Positions 49,216 through 58,653 of a stretch of DNA of 64,000 nucleotides are shown piece by piece. Under the pieces are notes generated by a model. That model searched no databases. It saw only the letters and a list, made by a program, of their open reading frames with translations, and was not told the DNA's origin. Each line of letters begins with the position of its first letter. The stretch's first letter is position 1. A program made the translations under genes and the position numbers. Source of the DNA: an uncultured archaeon (GTDB taxonomy: Archaea; Thermoproteota; Nitrososphaeria_A; Caldarchaeales; Wolframiiraptoraceae); contig CALKCF010000004.1 in assembly GCA_938083505.1 (NCBI GenBank), positions 64,001-128,000 of the forward strand. Direction: 5' to 3'.

Positions 49216-50283
49216 TTGCCAACAGAGAAAGAAATCATTCAAATGCTTAGGGGCGTTATCGACCCAGAACTCGGTGTTGACATAGTCTCCTTGGGAATGA
49301 TAAAAGACGTTAAAATAGAAAACAGCACAGTAAGAGTGACGCTGGAGCTGACGACGCCAGCTTGTCCGTTTCGTAACCAGCTAAAGGAGAAAGTCGAGAA
49401 TGTTTTAAAGAGATTGACTGAAGTCTCCGAGGTCAAAGTGGATGTAGTTGCCCGCGTCGCCCCTTCAAGGATTATTAAGGATAATCCTATTCCATATGTA
49501 AAGAATATAATCGCAATCGCTAGTGGCAAGGGTGGTGTCGGCAAATCTACAGTTGCCGTAAACGTTGGCTTGGCCTTAAGCGAGTCTGGCGCAAGCGTAG
49601 GCATACTCGACGCAGACATATATGGGCCCACAATACCTAAAATCCTTAATATTGAAATAAGCCCTACCAGTGCTGACAATAAAATATTGCCAGCAATAGC
49701 CTATAAAGGTATTAAGGTAATGTCTATAGGCTTCCTTCTACAAGATGAAGAGCCTGTGATATGGCGGGGACCGCTCGTGGCAAACACCATCAAACAGTTC
49801 TTGAGTGAGGTGGAGTGGGGCGAGCTCGACTATCTCATAGTGGACCTTCCGCCGGGTACTGGAGATGCCTCGCTAACGCTAGCGCAGAGCATCCCCCTAA
49901 CCGGAGTTGTCATAGTTAGCACACCCCAAGATGCCGCACTGAGGATAGCTATGAAGGCTCTGAATATGTTTAGAAGACTAAAAGTTGAAATAATAGGCAT
50001 GGTTGAAAATATGAGCTACTTCATTTGTCCTAACTGCGGTTATGTTTCCGAAATATTCAGCAGGGGTAATGTCAAGGCTGTTTGTGAGAGGTTGGGAATA
50101 AAGTTTCTGGGAGAGGTGCCGCTAAGTCCAGACATAAGGATTAATGGTGACCTCGGGAAGCCGGTCGTGATTGCGGCACCGAAATCCGGATCAGCGGAAG
50201 CGTTCAGAAGGATAGCTTATTCGATAGCTAGTAGTGTTTCGGTTATAGCCTATAAGAGGAAAGAGACGAGTATGGGGGCTTGA
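49216..50283 (+). CDS. Mrp/NBP35 (ApbC) Fe-S cluster carrier ATPase with DUF59 N-terminus
   Basis: DPELG, LTTPACP, SGKGGVGKST, DADIYGP, WRGP, DLPPGTGD and ENMS.F.CP.C. Confidence 0.95.
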   Translation: MPTEKEIIQMLRGVIDPELGVDIVSLGMIKDVKIENSTVRVTLELTTPACPFRNQLKEKVENVLKRLTEVSEVKVDVVARVAPSRIIKDNPIPYVKNIIAIASGKGGVGKSTVAVNVGLALSESGASVGILDADIYGPTIPKILNIEISPTSADNKILPAIAYKGIKVMSIGFLLQDEEPVIWRGPLVANTIKQFLSEVEWGELDYLIVDLPPGTGDASLTLAQSIPLTGVVIVSTPQDAALRIAMKALNMFRRLKVEIIGMVENMSYFICPNCGYVSEIFSRGNVKAVCERLGIKFLGEVPLSPDIRINGDLGKPVVIAAPKSGSAEAFRRIAYSIASSVSVIAYKRKETSMGA

Positions 50284-50292
50284 GGGTGCAGT

Positions 50293-50745
50293 TTGAGAAA
50301 AAAAGAGCTACCTCTGCCAGGAGTTTATAAAAAAGAAGAACTCGACTTATGGAAACTCCTACCAATGATGCAGGATGTGTTCTCAGACGGGAGCTCTGGA
50401 GCTATCGTTAGCTTCTTGGGCATCGTTAAGTCCATCGGTAGCAACGGTAAAAGGGTTAGGCATTTAGAGATAGAGGCATATGACAGACATGCAAACCCTG
50501 TGATTCGTACGATATGCGAAGAGACGAAAGAGAAATTCAATCTAGAATTTGTTGGTATATGGCACCTAAAAGGCAGTTTTAAGGTAGGCGAACCCCTTGT
50601 ATTAGTAGTTATAGCAGGTAAGAGTAGAGAGGGGGTTTTTCCAGCTTTAGACGAGGCTGTTAATAGGTACAAGACAGAGCCCGCGCTTTTTAAAAAAGAG
50701 GTCTACGAAGATGGGACCTATGCGTGGCTTAGCACAGAACATTGA
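50293..50745 (+). CDS. moaE: Molybdopterin synthase catalytic subunit
   Basis: GAIVSF.G.V, L..EAY, H..G...VGE and K...FKKE. Confidence 0.88.
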   Translation: MRKKELPLPGVYKKEELDLWKLLPMMQDVFSDGSSGAIVSFLGIVKSIGSNGKRVRHLEIEAYDRHANPVIRTICEETKEKFNLEFVGIWHLKGSFKVGEPLVLVVIAGKSREGVFPALDEAVNRYKTEPALFKKEVYEDGTYAWLSTEH

Positions 50746-50774
50746 TGGGCATCATTAGCAAATTATGAACAATC

Positions 50775-51266
50775 TTATTTAGATTTAGCAAACTGAGGTA
50801 GTAAGACCCTGACGAGTCTCTCCTCACCAGCCATGACATGATAGCTCGGCGACCTAACCTTCTTATCTCCCACGAATACGTGACCGTGAACTATCAGTTG
50901 CCTTGCGTGATATACTGATGCAGCCATTCCGAGCCTATAAACAACTGTTTGTAACCTTCTCTCTAAAAAGTCCCTAACAGTAAGCTTTAGTACGTCGTCT
51001 AGTGTGGCCGTAGGAGGTAAAACGCCAAGCCTTGCCAGTTTTCCTATAAGCACCCCTTCTTTCATCTTCCTCTCTTCGCCGCTAAGAACGAAGAGGGACC
51101 TAGCTATTGTCCTGTACTTCCTGAGGATTGCTACCGTCCTCCAAAGTTCTCTCTTATTCCTTAACCCATACTCACCCAAGAGCTTCAATTCTTCTGCTAA
51201 AACGTCAGCCCTCCAAGGATGTCTTGGCGTTTCATACTTCTTACGATGTCTCTTAGGGTCTCCCAT
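50775..51266 (-). CDS. rps4: 30S ribosomal protein S4 (uS4)
   Basis: MGDPK, PRHPW, YGLRNKRELW, LERRLQT and ARQLIVHGH. Confidence 0.97.
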   Translation of the reverse strand: MGDPKRHRKKYETPRHPWRADVLAEELKLLGEYGLRNKRELWRTVAILRKYRTIARSLFVLSGEERKMKEGVLIGKLARLGVLPPTATLDDVLKLTVRDFLERRLQTVVYRLGMAASVYHARQLIVHGHVFVGDKKVRSPSYHVMAGEERLVRVLLPQFAKSK

Positions 51267-51352
51267 ACCTACAGGCTAGACTTTATTGTCCTATTTTTAG
51301 CTTTCGTAGGATCAAAGGAAGAGGTTTATACGACCCCGTTCTACTACATACC

Positions 51353-51661
51353 ATGACTTATAGCTCGTTAAGATCCCTTGCAAGTTTTCAGAACTTATTC
51401 AAAGAACTCTACATTTCTAGGGATTTAAGTAGAGGTGCCGACAAGACTCTGCTCTGGTTGGTATCAGAGTTGGGTGAGTTGAGCGATGCTTATCTGAAGC
51501 AGGATTTAAATGCCATGAAGGAAGAAGTAGCTGACGTATTCGCATGGCTTTGTAGCTTTTGCAACTTGCTTAACATAGACCTCGAAGAGGCTGTCTTAAA
51601 AAAGTATGGCAACGGGTGTCCTAGGTGCTCCTCGTCACCATGTAGGTGTCCAATAAGATAA
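51353..51661 (+). CDS. MazG-like nucleotide pyrophosphohydrolase
   Basis: WL.SELGEL, EE.ADV.AW and C-terminal CPRC..PC.C. Confidence 0.9.
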   Translation: MTYSSLRSLASFQNLFKELYISRDLSRGADKTLLWLVSELGELSDAYLKQDLNAMKEEVADVFAWLCSFCNLLNIDLEEAVLKKYGNGCPRCSSSPCRCPIR

Positions 51662-51688
51662 GGAAATTAAATCCCTTTTAACAAAATC

Positions 51689-52940
51689 TTGTTAGGGTTG
51701 CTACGCGAGTACGAGATTAGTGAGCTTGAGATAAAGAGAGAGCAGGGGAATTTCTGCCCAGTCTGCAAACAAAGGCAGGCTTTCCGAATGTAGGCCCACT
51801 ATATGTCCTTTCGTTAAGAAGTTGTCTGCTTGGATACCTACAGAAAGGTTTCAAGATAGGGTAGTATTTGGAGCAAGCCCACCAACGGTGTTGGTGGGTG
51901 AGTGGGGGTATCCAAAGGTAAACATCGGTCCTGCCGTTTCCGTTATGGAAAAGGACTTTGCAGGATTGTTAGACGTTTATGAAAAGTGGTTAGATTTTCC
52001 CATAGAAGAACTCCTGCTTATGAGGCTCAGCCTACTTCACGGTAAGAAAAAGGTCAGCGTTACCGCATCAAGAATGCCGAGTAGGTTTATCGAATCTTTT
52101 CAAGAGTTGGCAACGTCCTCAACACCAGTGGATACTGAGATGGAGCTTGAGAGCAAACCCGCATTGAAGCCCCTATTTTACATAAGAGAACCCCCCATAG
52201 GCCCCTCGGCGCCGCTTCTGAAGTTGAGAATTGTAGAAAACCCTAGTGTTCCAAGGGTTGTAGAAAAGGTAGTAGGGGATACAGATTTGAAGGCGGCAAA
52301 TGCCGTTATAACAATGTATCGTTCCGGCATTAGGCAAGAACAGATAACTCGGCTCCTTTCAATCGGCCTCCTTGGTGCAAAGAATGAGAGGAAGATTGTT
52401 CCTACAGAGTGGAGCATAACGGCAGTTGATGATATAATCGGTAAGACACTTAGAAAAGAGGTTATGAAGAATCCCTTAGTAAACTATTACGAGATTTACG
52501 GGTTTGAGGCCCTGTATAATAGGGTTTACATACTCCTGCTTCCGTTAAAGTGGATGTTTGAGGTTCTCGAATACTGGCATAGTATGCCTAGTATGCTTCC
52601 TTACTCAGACCATGAATTACCCGGTTTCCCAGAGAAGTATCCTGAAAATATCGGTGGCGTATATCACGCGACAAGGCTCCCAGTACTGGAGCATCTATCA
52701 GCCAGGAGGAAGCAAGCGGCAGCTCTTGTTTTTATCGAGGTATTCCCTGGATGGTTGCCGCTTGGTGTTTGGAGGCTTAGAGAGATAAGCAGGAAGGCCC
52801 TTAGTAGGCAATATGCTAAGACAGGTAGTCTAGATGAGGCTCTGTCACTCCTATCGACAAGGCTGAAGCTTCCCATCGAAAAGTGGATAAGGGCAAGCTG
52901 GTTGCTGGATTTCTTGAAAAATCAGACCAGGTTAGAATGA
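51689..52940 (+). CDS. Nre-family DNA repair protein, frameshifted after the first CxxC
   Basis: SPP.V.VG..GYPKV, VPT.WSITAVD, G.Y.A.RL, PLGVW..RE and C-terminal QTRL. The N-terminal CPVC...C....CP joins if one C at 51784-85 is removed. Confidence 0.85.
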
Positions 52941-53040
52941 AGGAGAAAAGTCGTTTTACCCTAAGAATGTTCGGTAATAGAAGAAAAGGAAGCGGTTTAT
53001 ATTAGTATAGAATTCGTAAAGGCGGAAACGGTGCATACAA

Positions 53041-53472
53041 ATGCCCAAGAAACCCAAAGATGCGCTCTCACCAAAATACAAAGCAAGGGTCGGTTATGAG
53101 AGTGAGTATGCTTTAGTCAAAAAATTGGTCGGAAAAGGATGGCCTGGATGGTATGCTGTGAGGACTCCTGGAAGCGGAAGCGGAAAGATGGCAAAGCCGG
53201 ACATCATAGCAGTCGAGAATGGAGAGCTGTACGCAATAGAGGTTAAGTCAAGCAGGAAACCTTACGTTATGTTAAACAAAGAGCAGGTTAAGAGACTCCT
53301 CGAGTTTTGCAGAATGTTTCGTTTAAGGTGCCCTCACTGTGGAAGAGAATTTGCAGCAAAACCCGTCTTGGCAGTCAGGTTTATGGGTTATGGATGGGAA
53401 TTCGTTGAAATTCCAAATAATGCAGAGCACCCTATTATAATAAAACGAAGACCTAAAGAGCTAGGTTCCTGA
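53041..53472 (+). CDS. hjc: Holliday junction resolvase (Hjc/Hje-like PD-(D/E)xK nuclease)
   Basis: G...E, AVR.PGSG, PDIIA, IEVKS and P.LAVRF...W. Confidence 0.8.
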   Translation: MPKKPKDALSPKYKARVGYESEYALVKKLVGKGWPGWYAVRTPGSGSGKMAKPDIIAVENGELYAIEVKSSRKPYVMLNKEQVKRLLEFCRMFRLRCPHCGREFAAKPVLAVRFMGYGWEFVEIPNNAEHPIIIKRRPKELGS

Positions 53473-53886
53473 TACGTTTTTTCTTGTTTGTAGTTGCTTA
53501 TAATGTCCCCTTTTTGGTACCTGGTTAAGCTTTATCACCTTTTCCTCCTCGGCTGGTCTTCTAAAGACCCTTCTCTCAACTTCGCCAAGCTCTATGAGCA
53601 AAGGGCTGAGAAAATGGCTGAGCGATGGCGAATTTTTGACCCATTTCCGCTCAGAGGGTTTTGATAGATACCCTATCTGGACGAGAGCCTGGAGTAGATT
53701 CGATACACTCCTTCTCTTCTTCCTGTCTTTAGTAATCTCTGTTGGTAGAAGTTCTGCTACCTGTGTTAAAGTAAACGGTTGAACGTCTATGTTTGCTATG
53801 GCAGCCAAAATCATCTCAACATCCTCCGGCGTTAGTAACCTTGTTTTCCAACTAAGCATTGTGACTATTGGATGGAACTCACCCAT
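53461..53886 (-). CDS. Hypothetical winged-helix protein
   Basis: FTL.QVAE.L...VSNLLQALVQIGYL.K....W resembles a wHTH. Confidence 0.6.
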   Translation of the reverse strand: MGEFHPIVTMLSWKTRLLTPEDVEMILAAIANIDVQPFTLTQVAELLPTEITKDRKKRRSVSNLLQALVQIGYLSKPSERKWVKNSPSLSHFLSPLLIELGEVERRVFRRPAEEEKVIKLNQVPKRGHYKQLQTRKNVSGT

Positions 53887-53895
53887 CGTGTCGCT

Positions 53896-55365
53896 CTACC
53901 TCTTATAGAGCTTAAGTATGATGTCCGGGTCTATGATGTTTGCTCTATTACATGAGGGGCATATCATCTTTATAGTTTCTCCTTTACTTTTTAGTTCCAT
54001 TAGTTCCTCAGTAGTGGGTAGCCAGACTGAAGTTCCAGCCCTACAGTATCTGCATATTATCTTCGCCTTTTTATCGCTCGGCACCTTAGGAACCTTTTCT
54101 CCTGTAACCGTTTTTACCAAGAAAGTTGTCTGTTCAACACCCTTCGGCATTCCGGCAGACACTTCAGTCTGCATGGATTTGAGGATATTCTTTAGGGACT
54201 GTAACTCTTCCTCTAACTTTGCCCTTTTCTCTACCAAGCTTTCAAATTGTTTTTCTAATCTCTCGAAAACCCACTTCGGAACAAATTCGCCGGAAAGAGC
54301 CGGTATGACCAATTCCACCAGTCTTTTTCTTGCTTTCTCGAGCAGATGTCCTTCCAGTGGCTTCAACATCGAGAGCTCACCACGTTTTATCTTCAGTATG
54401 TTATTCAATTGTTGGATGATTGCTTCTATGTCCTCCGGTTGGGTATTTTTAGGATCGGAAAGTAGTGTAAGCAAGGATCTTGTGGCATTTAGCTCATCTT
54501 CCAGCTCCTTGATGTTTGTTTGCTTCTTTGATATCTCCTCATCCAGCCTTTTTAACTCCTCTCTTTTCTTTTCTATTGCTGAAAGCAATTCCTTTATGGT
54601 GCCCTTTACTTCAAGCAATGAGGAGTACTCAGCGTAAAGGGCCTCGTGTAGTCTTTTCAGTTCATCAACTTCCTGTCTTAGGTTATCACGCTGAACTCTT
54701 AACTCTTCTAAAGCAGACCTTATCATAGCTACATCCGATTCGACGTTAAGGAGCTCAGCACACTCGCCAAGGAGAGAGTTCCGTTTCGCGTCAGCCTCAT
54801 TTACCAGCTTCTCAACTTCTTTCAACTTCCGCTCTAGCTCTGCTATCCGTTTACTTAAGTCGTCAGCCCTGATCGCTTGCTCGATCACTTCATTTGGGTC
54901 GCCCTGCATGTTCTTTATTGAATTCAATACGACAACAAGTCTCTCAATATCGTCTAGACCCAACTTGAATTGTTCTAAAACCGAGATTAGGGAATTAACC
55001 TTGTTCACCATCTCCAAGGTGAGCTTTTTTTGTTGCATATAAATCTCAAGGTCTTCCTCAAGTCTTGCCCTCTTCTTTTTCAGATCGTCTATTGCATACT
55101 CTATAGTTACGAGCTCCCTTGCCTTCTTCTCGTACTCTTTTAACAGGGCGCCTATACTCTTCCCAGTCTCCTTTTCCAGCTTTCTTAGCCTAGTCATAGC
55201 GGCAACGTAGTACCTAATCTTTGATGGCTCCTTTGCGACGTTTTCGACGACGTCAAGGAAGTCTTCTAGCTTCTGCAGTGAAACACCAGCCTTATCTAAT
55301 TGGTGCAATAATTCTTCTGCTTTATGGATAGGCTCGCTTTCCCTAAAGACTCTTTCCTCTCTCAA
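53896..55365 (-). CDS. Long coiled-coil protein with C-terminal Zn ribbon
   Basis: Extended E/K/L heptads, CRYC and CPSC pairs, no Walker motifs. Confidence 0.75.
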   Translation of the reverse strand: MREERVFRESEPIHKAEELLHQLDKAGVSLQKLEDFLDVVENVAKEPSKIRYYVAAMTRLRKLEKETGKSIGALLKEYEKKARELVTIEYAIDDLKKKRARLEEDLEIYMQQKKLTLEMVNKVNSLISVLEQFKLGLDDIERLVVVLNSIKNMQGDPNEVIEQAIRADDLSKRIAELERKLKEVEKLVNEADAKRNSLLGECAELLNVESDVAMIRSALEELRVQRDNLRQEVDELKRLHEALYAEYSSLLEVKGTIKELLSAIEKKREELKRLDEEISKKQTNIKELEDELNATRSLLTLLSDPKNTQPEDIEAIIQQLNNILKIKRGELSMLKPLEGHLLEKARKRLVELVIPALSGEFVPKWVFERLEKQFESLVEKRAKLEEELQSLKNILKSMQTEVSAGMPKGVEQTTFLVKTVTGEKVPKVPSDKKAKIICRYCRAGTSVWLPTTEELMELKSKGETIKMICPSCNRANIIDPDIILKLYKR

Positions 55366-55453
55366 GGACTTTTCTCTCGAATTTATTTAACCATAAAATA
55401 TAAAAAAATTATTGTTACTCAAGAACAGGCTGAATGACCGCCTTAATACTCTA

Positions 55454-55520
55454 GTATCAGTTCCTGCACAGATTCTTCATCGTTACGCGGTAACTCCGAA
55501 ATACCCGCTTTCATCATCTG
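55454..55520 (-). ncRNA. C/D-box guide sRNA
   Basis: Minus strand: C ATGATGA (55511-17), guide AAGCGGGTATTT, D' CGGA, hairpin GTTAC-CGC-GTAAC, C' ATGAAGA, guide ATCTGTGCAGGAA, D CTGA (55457-60). Confidence 0.8.
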
Positions 55521-55593
55521 TAACAGAGGTGTATAGCAGTCACTAATTAGCGTTTCAGTCTTAGATATCGGCACTACCCTTTGCCTTTGTTTT

Positions 55594-56019
55594 CTACTTT
55601 TGTTTACCTCTTCTTCCTGTCTGAAACCTTCGTCCTCGTGGTCTGCTAAAACCCTCTTCACGAGGCATAGCCTTTGCTGAAAGGTTATTTTCTACGTTTA
55701 TATTTGGAATTTTTTCATCGACAACCTCTATCGAACCGTATCTTCCAAGGTTTAATTGCATAAAACCCTTGAACGGCTTTACGAAAGCGTTAGTGATCAT
55801 AACCACGTCTCCTTCGTTTACTTTGTCTATATTTTCGTCCCAAAGAACCAGCGTTATAGCACCGGTCTCGTCAGCGATCAGTGCCTCGTTAAGTTTATGC
55901 TCCCTTTGGTCAAACTTTGAAGCTACGAACTTCTCCTCGCCTTTTTTTACAACCTTCGCAAGAAGGTTTACCGAACGCGACCACGGGTTCAGGTTACCGA
56001 TTTTTACTAACCCGCTCAA
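55594..56019 (-). CDS. ssb: Single-stranded DNA-binding protein (single OB fold, crenarchaeal type)
   Basis: KI..L.P, ADETG.I.L.LW, NA.V..FKG...LN.GRYG and a G/R-rich tail. Confidence 0.88.
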   Translation of the reverse strand: MSGLVKIGNLNPWSRSVNLLAKVVKKGEEKFVASKFDQREHKLNEALIADETGAITLVLWDENIDKVNEGDVVMITNAFVKPFKGFMQLNLGRYGSIEVVDEKIPNINVENNLSAKAMPREEGFSRPRGRRFQTGRRGKQK

Positions 56020-56097
56020 CCTCTTTTACCACGCTTTTTTGGCAATAGGTTTGATGGGCCGTATTTAAGTGTTTGTGATCCTGCAAGAGTGTCTGAT

Positions 56098-57690
56098 TCA
56101 ATCGGAGTGCAGGTATGGTTCGAGCAACCTAAGAACTTCGTCTTTACCTATGTCGAACAAATAGGGGCCTAGTCTTGGACCCCTGGGTATGCCTAAGAAT
56201 ATTTCGTAAAGCTTTCTGAAGAATTGCCGGGGTTCTATTCTGTTGGAACGGGCGAGCTCGAATATACTGTGCTGGAGTTCATCTGGAGTGTTAACCTCGC
56301 GTATCTTCGATACCAGTTGTCTGAGCGCCAACTTCTCATTCTTGCTCAACTCCACCAGACCTCTCTTTAACCTACCGAATTTATGTGCATAATTTATCGC
56401 TAGCCTGGCCCTCCTCAGCACCTCCTCGTCAACTTTGTAACCGTACTTTATGAGTCTAGAGATTACGAATTCCTCGACCCTTCCTTGGGGGGCAAAGCTG
56501 GCTAACTCCACGAGCAGGTTATAGGGAACATGCGTCTTGGGTTTGCTTGGCGGTCTAAGGTGATGAATGTACTCGTACAGTCCCTTTAGACGCATTTCAG
56601 CCGTTTTTGTAGTAGCTCTTTGCTTACCGAAGTAAATGTCTTCTATGTAGTCAACTTCGTCCATTAACTTAGGTATGCTCTTATATGATAATCTCCTAGT
56701 TCCAGTATATCTTTTATACAAAAGAAGGAGCAAACTCTCTGGCGTCCCATATTTCAGCCACTCCTGCGGTGTAAAGACGTTACCTGCGGATTTAGATATC
56801 TTCCTCCCATGTTCGTCCAAAAACATCTCGTATCTGATATGATAAGGCGGCACGAAGTTTAAAATACGTTCAGCTACCAAGTCGTTCACCTTAACGGAAT
56901 CTGCTATGTCTTTCCCGTAAGCCTCAAACCTTATGTCAAGCCTAGCCCACCTAGCAGCAAACTCTACTTTCCAGGCCAGCTTCCCATCAGCCTTCCTTAT
57001 GTCCGCCTCTCCTTCATATCCGCACCCTTCTATCTTCTTACCCTTTATTTCAACACCTTCACATCTGTATTTTACGATGAACCTTTTTTGATCGTACTCA
57101 TAGGCATTTGCCGTGTATATCCTTCCACATTCTTTGCATATAGGAAAGTACGGAAGAACCTTTAGGAATTTGTCCTGACCTACTGTTTCGTATATTATGT
57201 AACCTATAGTGGACGAGTTCCTTAGAATTTTATCTATCACATTGGCCAGCATTCCCCCTTCGTAAACTTTTTTTGCCGAAAAGAATTTGTACTCTATGTT
57301 AATCGCGTCGAGAGCGTCCCTCAGCATACCGCTCATATGCTCGCTATAGGAATTATGACAACCGAATGGGTCTGGTATATGAGACACGGGTTTTAGCAAG
57401 TATTCTTGGAGCCAAGGGGGCATATCAGAAGGTACTCTCCTCAAACCGTCCATGTCGTCCGCAAAAGTCACAGTTTCAGAATTGTAACCAAGGTTTTTGA
57501 GGGCCAGCGTTACACCATAAGCCCTTACAGCATCTGATAGGCTTCCAATATGCGGTATTCCTGAGGCGCCAAGACCGCTTTCAGTTCTTATCATGCTTAG
57601 GTCTCTACCTAAATAGACTTCGCGCTCAATTATCTTGTTGGCTACTGCATCTAGCCATGTTCCTTTTCCGATTATCTCGTTCTTTTTCAT
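56098..57690 (-). CDS. lysS: Lysine--tRNA ligase, class I
   Basis: SG.PHIG, DD.DGLR, PDPFG, KL.WKVE, E.YGKD, KISKS.GN and GPRLG. Confidence 0.95.
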   Translation of the reverse strand: MKKNEIIGKGTWLDAVANKIIEREVYLGRDLSMIRTESGLGASGIPHIGSLSDAVRAYGVTLALKNLGYNSETVTFADDMDGLRRVPSDMPPWLQEYLLKPVSHIPDPFGCHNSYSEHMSGMLRDALDAINIEYKFFSAKKVYEGGMLANVIDKILRNSSTIGYIIYETVGQDKFLKVLPYFPICKECGRIYTANAYEYDQKRFIVKYRCEGVEIKGKKIEGCGYEGEADIRKADGKLAWKVEFAARWARLDIRFEAYGKDIADSVKVNDLVAERILNFVPPYHIRYEMFLDEHGRKISKSAGNVFTPQEWLKYGTPESLLLLLYKRYTGTRRLSYKSIPKLMDEVDYIEDIYFGKQRATTKTAEMRLKGLYEYIHHLRPPSKPKTHVPYNLLVELASFAPQGRVEEFVISRLIKYGYKVDEEVLRRARLAINYAHKFGRLKRGLVELSKNEKLALRQLVSKIREVNTPDELQHSIFELARSNRIEPRQFFRKLYEIFLGIPRGPRLGPYLFDIGKDEVLRLLEPYLHSD

Positions 57691-57758
57691 CAAGCAAAGC
57701 TTCATAATGGAACGAGCCTTAAAAGTTTTAGCTTTAGGGTAAATAAGCACATCAACTA

Positions 57759-58616
57759 CTAGAAAAGTTGAGCAACCACACTCATGGAAGCTTCGTCAAA
57801 GCGGACAGAAAAACCTGCCTCTCTAAGCCTTCTCATCACACCTACCCAGAGCTTTATTCCCCTTTTTATTCCAGGCTGACCTACATAATGAATCAAAATC
57901 CCGTCTGGTTTTAAGACTTTGGCAAGTTTCTTATAAAACTCTAAACTGTAAAGGTGACCTGCAAGGGAAAACCGTGGCGGGTCATGTATTATAACGTTAA
58001 ATTCCCTCTCAAAAGTGTCAACGACTTCGTACACATCACCAAGGATCACCTCAACATTTTCACTAGCTAAATTCCTTGACCAAGGATTTATCCTAGCAAG
58101 CTCTAACACGTTCTTATCTACCTCCACCGTGATTACGGAGGCTGCACCTCTTGAGATAGCACTTATGGCCGTGTAGCCTAGACCCATACAAGTATCCAGA
58201 ACGCGCTTACCGCGAAAGCTTTTCACATTCCTAAGCTTAAGCCTTGTATCTTCATCCGGTGTGACATCTTTTATCCTATGCATATGTATGCCGTCGATCT
58301 CAAGCGTTGGTGGTTTTCCCCACTTCACTATTACGAGCTTATAAAAGTGCTCGCCGACTATTACTGCCGGCTTCACGTCTCTTGCTCTTAAAATGTACAC
58401 GTCTCGTGGCCTTTTCGCAGACTCCTCGATGACCTTCCAATCTACAAACCTCCCACTAACTTCTACACCTGTCTCCGTCAACCTGCATGACTTTTTTGAT
58501 ATTGCAAGGTCAAAAGAAACCGCAACCTCGGAAAGACTGCGCCTTTTAGCATCGAGTAGCTCCTTTGCTACTGGCTCGGCAAGTAATGGCTCATCGAGGG
58601 GGTCGAACTTCATCAT
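57759..58616 (-). CDS. Predicted archaeal SAM-dependent methyltransferase
   Basis: PTLEIDGI.MH, VLDTC.GLGYTA, NPWS and HDPPRF..AG.LYS. Start moved to 58616. Confidence 0.88.
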   Translation of the reverse strand: MMKFDPLDEPLLAEPVAKELLDAKRRSLSEVAVSFDLAISKKSCRLTETGVEVSGRFVDWKVIEESAKRPRDVYILRARDVKPAVIVGEHFYKLVIVKWGKPPTLEIDGIHMHRIKDVTPDEDTRLKLRNVKSFRGKRVLDTCMGLGYTAISAISRGAASVITVEVDKNVLELARINPWSRNLASENVEVILGDVYEVVDTFEREFNVIIHDPPRFSLAGHLYSLEFYKKLAKVLKPDGILIHYVGQPGIKRGIKLWVGVMRRLREAGFSVRFDEASMSVVAQLF

Positions 58617-58653
58617 AGATATGGTTAAAGCTAGGCTATTTAAGCAGAATTTT

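Noticed and set aside
49216-50283. Mrp ATPase as the missing SegA partner
   Set aside because: DUF59, WRGP and ENMS..CP.C mark it as an ApbC/NBP35 Fe-S carrier, not a ParA.
55443-55661. 72-aa minus-strand ORF downstream of ssb
   Set aside because: It overlaps the ssb 3' end, and the region is better explained by the C/D sRNA.
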